A DNA stretch of 64,000 nt from Veleropilina oligotropha (lineage: Eukaryota), in the NCBI GenBank assembly GCA_048128005.1, contig JBEUKZ010000099.1, forward strand, positions 124,001 to 188,000. The letters are read 5' to 3'. The notes under the pieces were generated by a model. It was not told where the DNA came from. It searched no databases and saw nothing but the letters and a program-made list of their open reading frames with translations. Below are positions 54,055-64,000 of this stretch, piece after piece (within the stretch, counting starts at the first letter, position 1; every line of letters begins with the position of its first letter). The position numbers and the translations under genes are program-made.

Positions 54055-55252
54055 CAATCTACTAGATCTAATTTTTATTCTTTCTATGATACAAATACTT
54101 TCAAAATATCTTGAAATGTACCATTACCGTAAAATTAGCCTGCTGCAAGGAGAGATGAGATGCAGCTGAGGGAGAATTTTGTCCGAAACAATCTTCAATT
54201 GACGTTTTCACATTCAACGTGAATTGTTTAGGCAGCATTGTTGTATTTATCGGCCAAAACGGACCAGTCTTATCTTCACGGAATCGACTTCAGAACATTT
54301 TTTTGAAATTATCAATTTGAGAATCTATTAATTTTATGCAACATCAGTGTCCTAGTTAAACATAAATCTGGACATGTCTATATTATCGCCAGAGGAAAAC
54401 CAGGTCGTCCAATAAGCCGGCCCGCACATTACAACTGTGACATGTGTGATGGTAAACTGCACCAAGCGCACAATCAAAGATTCCAATTCGATCATGTGAC
54501 TATTCAACTAAATATTCATTTAATATTAAACAAGGGGCCAATGAATACTACTTCAAGCACTATATTTATGATATTTTCAAGAAATATGCCCTGCAATACG
54601 AGTATAAATATGGCTCGCTTGCGTGTACCAGTCTGCATTTAGAGATCCTTTAATATTATTTAAACGACAATTTTCTTCAAATACAAATGCGCTCATTGCG
54701 TGGATGTCATCAGATTAGAATTAGAATGGCTGATATAATATGTGGAAATAAATTCATGAATACTTGATCCGGATGGTTGTTTTCATGTCCTGTATTTAAG
54801 TTTTAACAACATTCAGCTTCTTACCAGGTCATAATATCGCAAAAGGAAGCCTGATCGCTTGGAAAACCCTGTCATGACCGGCTAGTGCAAACTGTCATTG
54901 TTTTTACTGTCAGAACAAACTGTCGTGTCGAGATCCATATTCAAACACACTCATGTTAGACATAGACAGAGCATTGAAGCAAGTGAAGTAGGAATCCATA
55001 TTCTTATCGGCGGTCAGATATCTTCAAATAACATCAATTGTCTGTTTGCAAAACAAGTTACAGACTTTTAATATTCAGGACAACATTTGTAGTTTTCCAT
55101 ACAATAGAAATGGCCAGTTGATCCAAAGGAAGACAAAATCAGAACTTTTCGAACATAAGAGTTAATTTTAAATCATGACTGCAATTTGCGCATTGGACAT
55201 TTGAAGACTATCGTCATTTAAATAATGTAAAATGAAAATTATGTCCACTTAC

Positions 55253-55353
55253 CGTGGGGTCGGTTGGCTCCGTTTTTATGTCTACATTACTAACAGAATC
55301 TGTAAAACTGTCGGAAGATTCACCGAACAAACTGGAGGTCGCAGCCGCACTCT
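55253..55353 (-). CDS. Small shared internal exon ending in a phase-0 donor
   Basis: tttttgcttgtag|AG AGT GCG...CCC ACG|gtaagt; 101 bp, phase 1 to 0. Encodes ESAAATSSLFGESSDSFTDSVSNVDIKTEPTDPT, with an IKTE SUMO-consensus motif. Absent from the ORF track. Confidence 0.8.
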
Positions 55354-55611
55354 CTACAAGCAAAAATATTCAGTTCCACTAAATCAGCTGGAGATTTGTT
55401 GACAGCTTGCATATTTGCAAATTATACGTCTTTGACAGTATAAATTTATGCACATGTCGTCATCCGGTGCATCACATTTTCAGATATTGTTACTTAGTGT
55501 TCCCGTTAGTCACCAGGAAACTCATTATCAAATGGTCTGGCGTCTTACCCGTGATAATATGGACAGGTCCTCATAATTAATACCTTAACGGGGGGGAGTT
55601 AAATGGGGTTA

Positions 55612-55952
55612 GACCAAAAAAAAAAAATTCTTGGTTCCTGTTACCCTACCCTGCCTAAGTTTTCGGCCCTACCCTAAACTTTTTATCAGTGATTAACTTT
55701 TTAAAAAGATCCATCTCGCCCCTGACCCTTCTTTTTTCACTCTGGAAGACTTTGTGATGTGTGACATGTCTATTAAATGGGATTAATGGCTGCATATTAC
55801 CATATGACATGGATTTTTCTTCAGTTGGTTGTTTAATTTTGTGAAAAATCGACACATATATATGAAAAAACTTTTCCAAAAATAAAAATACTTACCTACC
55901 TACCCTAATTTTTCTAACCATGTAACAGGAACCAAAGAATTTTTGTTTGGCC
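55612..55952. mobile_element. MITE with TTA TSD (Harbinger/Zator-like)
   Basis: TTA|GACCAAAA..ATTCTTGGTTCCTGTTAC ... GTAACAGGAACCAAAGAATTTTTGTTTGGCC|TTA. Confidence 0.75.
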
Positions 55953-56087
55953 TTACTAAGAATAGATAGAATCCAATTCACGATTCAGCATCATCAATAA
56001 ATGAAGAGTATCAATTGCACAGGCAGAACGTTTGGTAGCCTACATCATCGAATTTTGATAAATAGATAAATTCAGTAGTCTACCTAC

Positions 56088-56804
56088 CAAAAGCAGTGCT
56101 CGCTGCCGCTTGACCCGTTGCAGTAGATACGCCCTGGCTCGGCACCGATACAGTTTGACTAATACTGGAACCGCTTTGCTGCTGTTGGGTTCGTTTCCTC
56201 ATCTCTAAATTGTTCACAAACAGCTGTGTAGGCACCGGTTCCGATGGCGGCCTCCCTTTGGCATTAACTGTCTTTGGTGACAACGCTGGCGGTGGTACAG
56301 TTTGAGATGTCGAAGGTTGTGGTTTTGAGGGCGTGCTTGTATGACTTTGAGGCAATGTTTGTTTGGCAGGATTAGAAGCGCCTATAGTTCGTGAAGTTGT
56401 CCCCTGCAGCGCACCGGGCGACACTACATTTGTCGACTGATTACTCGCTGCAGATGGCTCAATCAGAGAAATATCATCGGAAATCACTGTGCTAAGGTCC
56501 ACAAATTGCCGAACGTTCGAGGGTGTCGTACGTACAGGCGTACGATTTGTGACGGATGGCGATTTCTGGTGTTGGTCGCGGATGTGTCGTGAAGCCGCGA
56601 CATCTGGGGCCACAATATCCTGCATTGGGATCGATACTCTTCGGCGTTTGTCCGCAGAGTCTGTCGTTACAGTTCGACTTGGCATTACACTATTCTTGTC
56701 GAACGACCGTTTTCTTTGCATGTTACGATCATCGAGAATAGCCACGTTTCGCTCGGAATGACTGCGTTTGTCCATCACCACCTGGTTACGGTCAACTGGA
56801 TGAC
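56088..56804 (-). CDS. Shared internal exon, Ser/Thr/Pro/Gln-rich disordered linker
   Basis: catctttttccag|GT CAT...TTT G|gtaggt; 717 bp, phase 1 to 1, fully open and GC-richer than its flanks. Contains basic DKRRR/RKR stretches and VDLS. Confidence 0.85.
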
Positions 56805-56899
56805 CTGGAAAAAGATGCATAACATGTTATTAAAATCAAATTGATAAAGGTGTTTCAAGGTTTCTATAATACATCATTTTCCTATGATCACCATAATCT

Positions 56900-57157
56900 G
56901 GGAGGAATGATGCTTAATATCCTGTATATTTACAACATCGAGGTTCACGGCAGGACATGTCCGTGTTATCGCGGGAGGAAACCCTGGTCGCCCGGGTAAC
57001 CCTGCCCTCTTCGGCAAGTCACGGACAACTGTGATTCATAACTTGAACAAATGTCAATGCCTCAGCCAGGTATTGAACCCACTATTGTTCGCATTAGCGG
57101 AATCAAGCCAGTGAATTTAGAGTGGACACTCTTACCCACTGCGCTGCCGAAGCGGCC
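56900..57157 (-). mobile_element. Full-length SINE, family A
   Basis: Homologous to 41403-41657; B box GGTTCAATACC; 12-bp TSD TCACCATAATCT. Confidence 0.92.
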
Positions 57158-57397
57158 TCACCATAATCTCTATTACTACCGGCATCATTTCAATTTTCAT
57201 CAGTTTCTGGCATGAATCAAGATTGGAAAATTGTTGTCGACGCTGTTAATATTCATCAACTCAAAACAAGATTTAGCACAACAAACAGCTGATTAGTTTT
57301 ATTGAAATATAAACTACAGACCGATGTTATGAATCCCCCGCTCACACAGGCGCGGAACTTAAAAAGTCATGGTATCGCCACTCGTCTCCAACTCATT

Positions 57398-57904
57398 CAA
57401 GGGCCACACACAGGCAGTTGGACATCAAATAAGGGCCACACACGGGCAGTTGGACATCAAATAAGGGCCACACACGGGCAGTTGGACATCAAATAAGGGC
57501 CACACACGGGCAGTTGGACATCAAATAAGGGCCACACACAGGCAGTTTGACATCCAATCAGGGCCACATACGGGCAGTTGGACATCAAATAAGGGACACA
57601 CACGGGCAGTTTGACATCCAATCAGGGCCACATACGGGCAGTTGGACATCAAGGGCCACACACGGGCAGTTGGACATCAAATAAGGGCCACACACGGGCA
57701 GTAGGACATCAAATAAGGGCCACACACGGGCAGTTGGACATCAATAAGGGTCACACACGGGCAGTTGGACATCAAATAAGGGCCACACATGGGCAGTTGG
57801 ACATCAAATAAGGGCCACACACGTGCAGTTGGACATCAAATAAGGGTCACACACGGGCAGTTGGACATCAAATAACGGCCACACACGGGCAGCTGGACAT
57901 CAAA
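57398..57904. repeat. Minisatellite, 32-bp unit
   Basis: AAATAAGGGCCACACACGGGCAGTTGGACATC repeated about 16 times. Confidence 0.96.
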
Positions 57905-58606
57905 TCTTGTGATGCCAAAAGAATTATGTGCTGACTTGCGTTACAGCAAAGGCCACATGTTTGGACTAAGAGTGGATGTTCCAAACACTAAATGTTCTGC
58001 CAGACTTCAGTTGTAAATCGGACCAACTGCGTTTTTTATTAAATTATTCTAAATTATAAAACCAGTAACTAGCAGCAGGCAAAAGTTAGTTTATATTTCC
58101 AACTATTGTCTCCCTTTACGTTACTTGACTTCAAGACCGTAGCCAGCTATGGGGCAACCAGGGCAGGTGCCCCGGTAGATTATTTGCCCACAGAAATTTG
58201 TAAAAAGGAGTTTTATTGGCTTTTTTTCATCTGAGCCCACCCACTATACCGGAATCAGCAGAGTGATTTCCGTGAATGGTCCTGTAATGTTTTCATGTAC
58301 AAGCACGATTTCTGCTCGAAATCCAAATAACCACACATTAGACCAATTTTTATTTATGTAGCCTTGACCATTTCCTTATATTCGTTGACGTCATTATTCT
58401 AATTTGAGGTCGCGAATCACAATGAAGGCCACATAAGGAAACAACCATATTTGGAAACAACAGCACCTCAGTGACCTGGGGCTATTATCCCATGCGACAA
58501 TACCCCCTGTGAAAACAGATGTTATTTACGTCTATTCTATGATTAAAGACGTATTTTTACACTTTTTTTCGGATTTGTACAAACATAAACACGAAAAGTT
58601 GGTGAA

Positions 58607-58966
58607 AGGAGGATTAAGAGTAATCCCCTTGTATCTATAATAATATACTTACGTCCTTACTAATGCCATAATAAGCCTATTATCGCTAAATCCTGACAAG
58701 GTGGAAATGGTAATTTTCGCACTTTTAGTAAATTGAACCCAGTTGACCCACTGACCTGTGCGACCTCCTCAAGTTCATGCCTTATAAAGAGCTCGCCAAC
58801 TCCCGCGAGATCCTCGTGACCAAAAGGTCATGACCTCATCCGAAGTTTCAGCAAACAACAAGGCAAAGAACTTATATAAGAGGGGAGGTGCGAAGCAGGG
58901 TGGGCCAAGTGGGTAAGGACGTAAGTATATTATTATAGATACAAGGGGATTACTCTTAATCCTCCT
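58607..58966. repeat. Perfect 54-bp inverted repeat around a 252-bp spacer
   Basis: 58607-58660 is the exact reverse complement of 58913-58966. Confidence 0.9.
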
Positions 58967-59644
58967 ATCTATATCAAATATACTTACATCCTTACTAATG
59001 CCAAGAATAACTTTGGTTGGCGGAGTTATAAGTTCCATACACCAAAATTAAAAACTTACTTGTTACCAGAAGACGAAGCTTTAGCGTTGAGATCTATCGA
59101 GTCCGTTCAGAGTGGATTTTACTGAGCATCAAATCTACTCTTACCCCGAGGTGAGATTTCGACCAAGAAATCTGGGAAAACACGCCAGGGATGTTAGTCG
59201 GACAGGTAACACGAAAGTGGATGTAGCTCCAGACACCGTGCGGAAGGTATACCTTGTAGGCACTCGTGTCATGGGCAAAACCAGTTATCTGAATATTCCG
59301 GACTCAAAGGTCGGCAGACAGAAAACTGCTAGAGTGGTTTTTAGAGGCACCCGAACCTATGCAGGTTTATTGTGCTATAATATAAAACCTTGACAATTAT
59401 TAATAGATTGAAGAATATTCAATTATCTTCATCTTGAATTAATAAAAAAATTTGCATGTCTATCTTGCAAAATGTCAACATGATAACATGTTACTTAAAT
59501 AATTTTAAGTAGGGAATAATATTGAAAGACATTGAAATGTTCTGCGACAGCAAGTAGAACATTTTTAAAAATAATATTATTTACAAAAAACATTTTTAAG
59601 ATTTCGTAATATAATGTTTGCATCCAATGTGAGCATTAATGTCA

Positions 59645-60435
59645 GGGTGCATCGATTTACCCCAATCGAACCCCAATCGACCTCAAGGCTTAATTGCAAT
59701 TGCGTACTTCGTTTTTGAGTCTGTCGAAGTCGGGAGCGCAAATGTTGAATTCCGCAGTTACTTTGTGTTGCTATATTTAGACTGTTGTGTAGAAAACTAC
59801 TAAAACCTCCATGTCTTATATATTTGCCCATGACGCGGCTTCAAGCCCTGATCGGGCATTCATTTGTATTACTATAAGATCAAAGGTTCACTTTCTGATT
59901 CCTCATACTTTGTGCTGGTCGGCATACGCCATATAAGGCTCGGTTTCGAGATCAAAGGTTCACTTTCTGCTTCCTCATACTTTGTGCTCGTCGGCATACG
60001 CCATATAAATATAAGGCTCGGTTTCAAGATCAGAGGTTGGCACATCTCCAACGGTCGAACTCCAGTCAAAACAATCGCATAACATTAAGCAACTTGCTTG
60101 AACTAAACTTTGTTGATAGTTAAGTAGATTTGCGCACACAACGGAACCGACAAGGACACTATTTAGCGCAATAAAAATAATTATTACAAAATAAAGATAA
60201 CATAATTCATTATATATTTGTATTGTTTATCATATTTGCATGCTACCAGTTGGATTTAGTTCGTGTAATTAGAACCGTTTCGCGAATTCAATATTTGTGA
60301 TCCCGACTTCCGCGAACTAAAAAACGATGTACGCAATTGCAATTGGGCCTAATATAATTAAATAAATCATAATGTGCACATTATGGATGTATATTATAGT
60401 TGACAGGGGGTCGATTGGGGTAAATCGACGTGCCG
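59645..60435. mobile_element. Mutator/MULE-type MITE, uninterrupted copy
   Basis: TTAATGTCA|GGGTGCATCGATTTACCCC...GGGGTAAATCGACGTGCCG|TTAATGTCA (9-bp TSD), with internal tandem repeats. Confidence 0.93.
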
Positions 60436-60562
60436 TTAATGTCATATTAACTCCGTTATGACTAGATAATTTCAATTTCTTAATAAATTTAAGAAAAGAA
60501 ATAACATTGAAGTAAATTCTAAGGGTGTTACAATGTACACAAATAGAAATACATTACATTAC

Positions 60563-60982
60563 CAGGGCTCGATTTAGCATTTTAAATCCAGGAGCCCATG
60601 GGGCTCCTAGCATTTCAAATCTAGGAGCCCACACTAATTTTCAGGAGCCCTTCTAATATTATGCTCGTGCTATTTATACAACATCCATTTTATCTCCCAT
60701 AAAAGATATGAAAGGAACTCACTATGGATTCCACGTAATATCTCAAAACAAATGTTATATAATCATTATAAACCTCCTTGACTCAGTTTGTCAGTCTTTT
60801 ATGCTGAAAATTTGTAATAATAAGAGAATATCATGTTTATTATATATTCAGGTTCTTCTAAATCCTATGAAGTACTTACAAATTTATAGGAGCCAGAAGG
60901 ACTACCTCACCCTAGAATCTAGGAGCCCCATGCCATTTCTAGGAGCCTGGGGCTCCAGGACTACCATATAAATCGAGCCCTG
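60563..60982. mobile_element. MITE with 5-bp TSD (hAT5-like)
   Basis: ATTAC|CAGGGCTCGATTTA...TAAATCGAGCCCTG|ATTAC; AGGAGCCC subterminal repeats. Confidence 0.92.
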
Positions 60983-61018
60983 ATTACCTCAGTTCCCTGG
61001 TAATAAACAGTTTACCAT

Positions 61019-64000
61019 TCACTGAAAGGATGACCTAGATCCTCGAATACATTGCTGATTGGCTGCGACAAAGGAGATGCTATGTTCGCCAGATGCCGTG
61101 GTTGCGTAGTCACGCAGGTAAAAGCGAACGAATGTATTGGCACTCTTCCAATAACCAGCCTTCAAGATTGCATTGATATTTAAATTATACTTGAAGGCCA
61201 AAGAGGTCGCTAAGGCCCGTGTTTGTTGCGTGTGAATTGAACGAGATCTCGATCTGGCTCGTCGGACCGCTTGTAAATTTCTTTTACAACAGAGACTATC
61301 CAACGTGACACAGTCGATTTGCGAATGTCGCGGTTGAATTGAGACATGTGGCTTATGAATAAACGCTTTTTGCCGTGCCGTAGGTCACGGGTCCGGTCCA
61401 GATAGAATTTCAGCGCACGAACGGGGCAATTCAGCCGGTCGATATCGTCTCTACCCAACATGGAGAGGCTACGGATACAAACCTCGGGACAGATATCTTC
61501 AGGTCTTTGTGTCTTCGCTAGGAAGCCAAGGACAGTATGCAGCGTCAACGACCCATCGGTGTGGAAGTGTATATCTCGCAGCTCTCCGGATAATGCGTGT
61601 ATCTCCGATGCCCGATTACCGGTCGCGAGAGCGGTAAGTAGTACGGTCTTATAAGTGAGATTTTTGAGGGAGCATTCACTCATAGGCTCGAATGGACATC
61701 TAAGTAAAGCATTGAGAATCAACATGATATTCCACGCAGGCGGTCGCACCTGCTGAATAGGGCGTTCGAGTTGGTAGGAGCATATAAAATCCGATATTGT
61801 TTTGTCGGTAGACAAGCGGGTGTGCTCGCGGCATTGTCGTAACGTCGTTGCTACACATGATCGGTAGCCTTTGACCGCGGAAATAGACATTCCACGTTCG
61901 AGCAACGACGACAAAAACTCGATAAATTTTGTCACAGGGGGGCGGAATATATTGACTTGCCGCCCGCGACACCAATCCACAAATTTCTTCCATCGGTAAT
62001 CGTATACCTTTGTTGTAGATTGCCTTCTAGATCGGTAGATGCGCTGGGCTGTCGCTCTAGAAAGCCTTTCTTAATGAGCGATCTCTCGATAGTCGCCAGG
62101 CGTGAAAGTGAAACTCGTTCGCCGACGGGTGTAGAACCCGACTGCGCGGTTGCGATAACAGGTCTGTCATCTGCGGGAGCGCTAGTGGCTGATCGATGAG
62201 TAGATCCAGAAGTGTCGGAAACCAGGACTGCGTGCGTTGTAGGGGTGCTATTAGCGTCAACTCGCAGTCTTCGCGTGTTGCTTTCCTTAGTACTTGTAGC
62301 AGCATGCACGACGGTGGAAAGGCGTAGGCGATCAGATTCTCCCATGTCATTGACAGAGCGTCGACCGCTATAGCGGCCGGGTCCCGGTAAGGAGACACAT
62401 AGAGAGGGAGTCGGTGATTGTATTCGGTTGCGAATAGATCGACTTGAGGCTGCGACCACAGGCGACAGACATCTCGGGCTACACGGGCGTGTAGCATCCA
62501 CTGACAGGTAGACGGCTTCTAACTCGAGAAAGTTTATGTGTCGTCCCTGCAGGTCCGTCGGCCAAAGGCCCGATGTCTCATGACTGTCGAGGTGACCTCC
62601 CCAGTCCTCGTTTGACGCGTCCGTGAAGAGGTAGGCGTTCGGTTCTGGAGGGGATATCGGAACCGACTGACTCGGCAGGGTCGTGTTCAGCCACACTGCT
62701 GTCGTGCGAGTGAACCAATGCCGTAGATCGATGCGATCCGTCCACTGTCCCGTGCTACCGACACGATGTGCCCTAGGACAGTGGCCAGTCGTTGCGCTGT
62801 AGTTATCCGTGAAGACTTCGTTTTCAGTATAACTGTGCGTAGGTTCTCTATACGTTTCTGAGTCGGTTTCGCGGTGTACCGGACCGTGTCGAATTAGACT
62901 CCTAGAAATGTAAACGTCGTCGAGGGCACGAAGCAGGATTTCTCGTTGTTGATCTGTAATCCTAGGCGCTTCGCCGATGACAGGGTAACGCTCATAGACT
63001 GGAGGCACTGATCCCGGGATGCCCCGAGAACCAACCAGTCGTCGAGGTACATGTGTACTCTGTGCCCTGGTGAGTGTAGGAAGGCCCCGAGAGCCTGTAC
63101 TACCCGCGTGAAGACGTACGGGGCTGACGATAGACCGAACGGTAGACACCTGAATTGGTAGACCGTTCCCCCGTGGACAAACCGTAGGTACCGGTGAGCC
63201 GAGACGTGCATCGGAACGTAGGTACATGTGTACTCTGTGCCCTTGCGAGTGTAGGAAGGCCCCGAGAGCCTGTACTACCCGCGTGAAGACGTACGGGGCT
63301 GACGATAGACCGAACGGTAGACACCTGAATTGGTAGACCGTTCCCCCGTGGACAAACCGTAGGTACCGGTGAGCCGAGACGTGCATCGGAACGTGTAGGT
63401 ACGCATCGGTCAAGTCGATAGACGCTGCCCAGTCGCCCGGACGGATGGCCGTTCGTATCGTCGAGAGTGTTTCTTGCTTGAACTTCTCGGTACGAAGATA
63501 CTGGTTGAGGAATGACAGATCGAGGATCGGTCGCCAACGGCCATCGGGTTTCGAGACCAGGAAAAAGTGGCTGTAATATCCTGGTGTGCTGGGCGGCGCG
63601 GGATAGATCGCTCTTTTTGAGAGTAAGTCCCGCACTGCCTGGTCTAGGACGGCTTGTTTTTCTCTTATCAGGAGACGAGCGCGTCCTGGTGGTGGTGTCG
63701 CGTCTAGGGTTGGATGCCGGTCGAATGCCAACTTGTATCCGGCACTCACGACTGAGTTAACCCAGTTGTCCTCTGTCATTTCTAGCCGAAGAGAGTAGAG
63801 GCCGACAACGGTACGCAACGTAGCGACTGCCGGGTGGCGTCGTCTAACGTGGTGCCATCTAGGCATGCGTCTCTACGAAGTAGAACCGCGTTACCTAAGG
63901 ATCGGGCTGACTCCGACGCAGAGTTCTCCGTGGAGGCGGCAACCTCTTCGAGGAAGGACAGTGCGATCTCTCGAGCGCGGGGTCCATCCTCTTGTAGTAC
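61019..64000 (-). mobile_element. DIRS1-type tyrosine-recombinase retrotransposon, decayed, running off the window
   Basis: Gag-like LLRRDA (~63870). RT motifs WRPILDL, SIDLTDAY, LPFGLSSAP and YLDDWL. RNase H FTDAS and HINFLEL. Methyltransferase-like VDLFA..YAFPP (62057-62497). Recombinase LATGNRASEIHAL, CPVRALKFY and GYWKSANTFVRFY (61019-61980). Several frameshifts. Confidence 0.93.

Larger units (their letters stand above)
51687..54091 (+). mobile_element. Penelope-like retroelement (RT + GIY-YIG), decayed, with an inverted terminal segment
   Basis: ADKG, YGTPKIHK, AMGSPVSPIVANLYME, WYRYVD, FLD and YRKPTH (RT); CGVVYKITCPDCQNTYVGETGR (GIY-YIG). Several stops and frameshifts. 51723-51790 is the reverse complement of ~53997-54068. 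Confidence 0.93.

Noticed and set aside
54130..54290. Possible further shared exon ending ACG|GTAATG in phase 0
   Set aside because: No convincing in-phase acceptor before the upstream stop, and no recognisable coding content.
59057..59393. GC-richer segment with a minus-strand GTAAG donor, as a candidate upstream exon
   Set aside because: The phase needed to join 56804 contains stops, and the plus-strand 93-aa ORF has no recognisable motif. Left unassigned.
61932..63866. 644-aa ORF as an intact protein
   Set aside because: It is a chimera of in-frame RT, out-of-frame duplicated sequence and RNase H fragments from a decayed DIRS element.

Overview
AT-rich eukaryotic (metazoan) DNA, probably a mollusc or other lophotrochozoan; the taxon is inferred from the repeat landscape only. 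The main signal is an apparent single minus-strand gene with a lola-like layout. Two shared low-complexity exons (56804-56088, 55353-55253) end in a phase-0 donor. About 37 kb downstream lie at least four stop-terminated modules that all open with a phase-0 acceptor: three zinc-finger exons (17771-16977, 10733-10053, 4419-3967) and one two-exon, catalytically degenerate Crypton/DUF3504-type module (8242-8074 + 7669-6831). This reads as an array of alternative last exons, one of them captured from a transposon. The rest is mostly transposable elements: a five-level nested stack (piggyBac-type MITE > Mutator MITE > CR1 LINE > hAT MITE > 6-bp-TSD MITE), an L2 LINE, a Penelope element with two inverted minimal hammerhead ribozymes, a decayed DIRS1 element, Helentron-like elements with 156-167 bp internal repeats, tRNA-derived SINEs, long palindromes and minisatellites. 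No rRNA, true tRNA gene or CRISPR array was seen. Splice models were read by eye and need transcript support.
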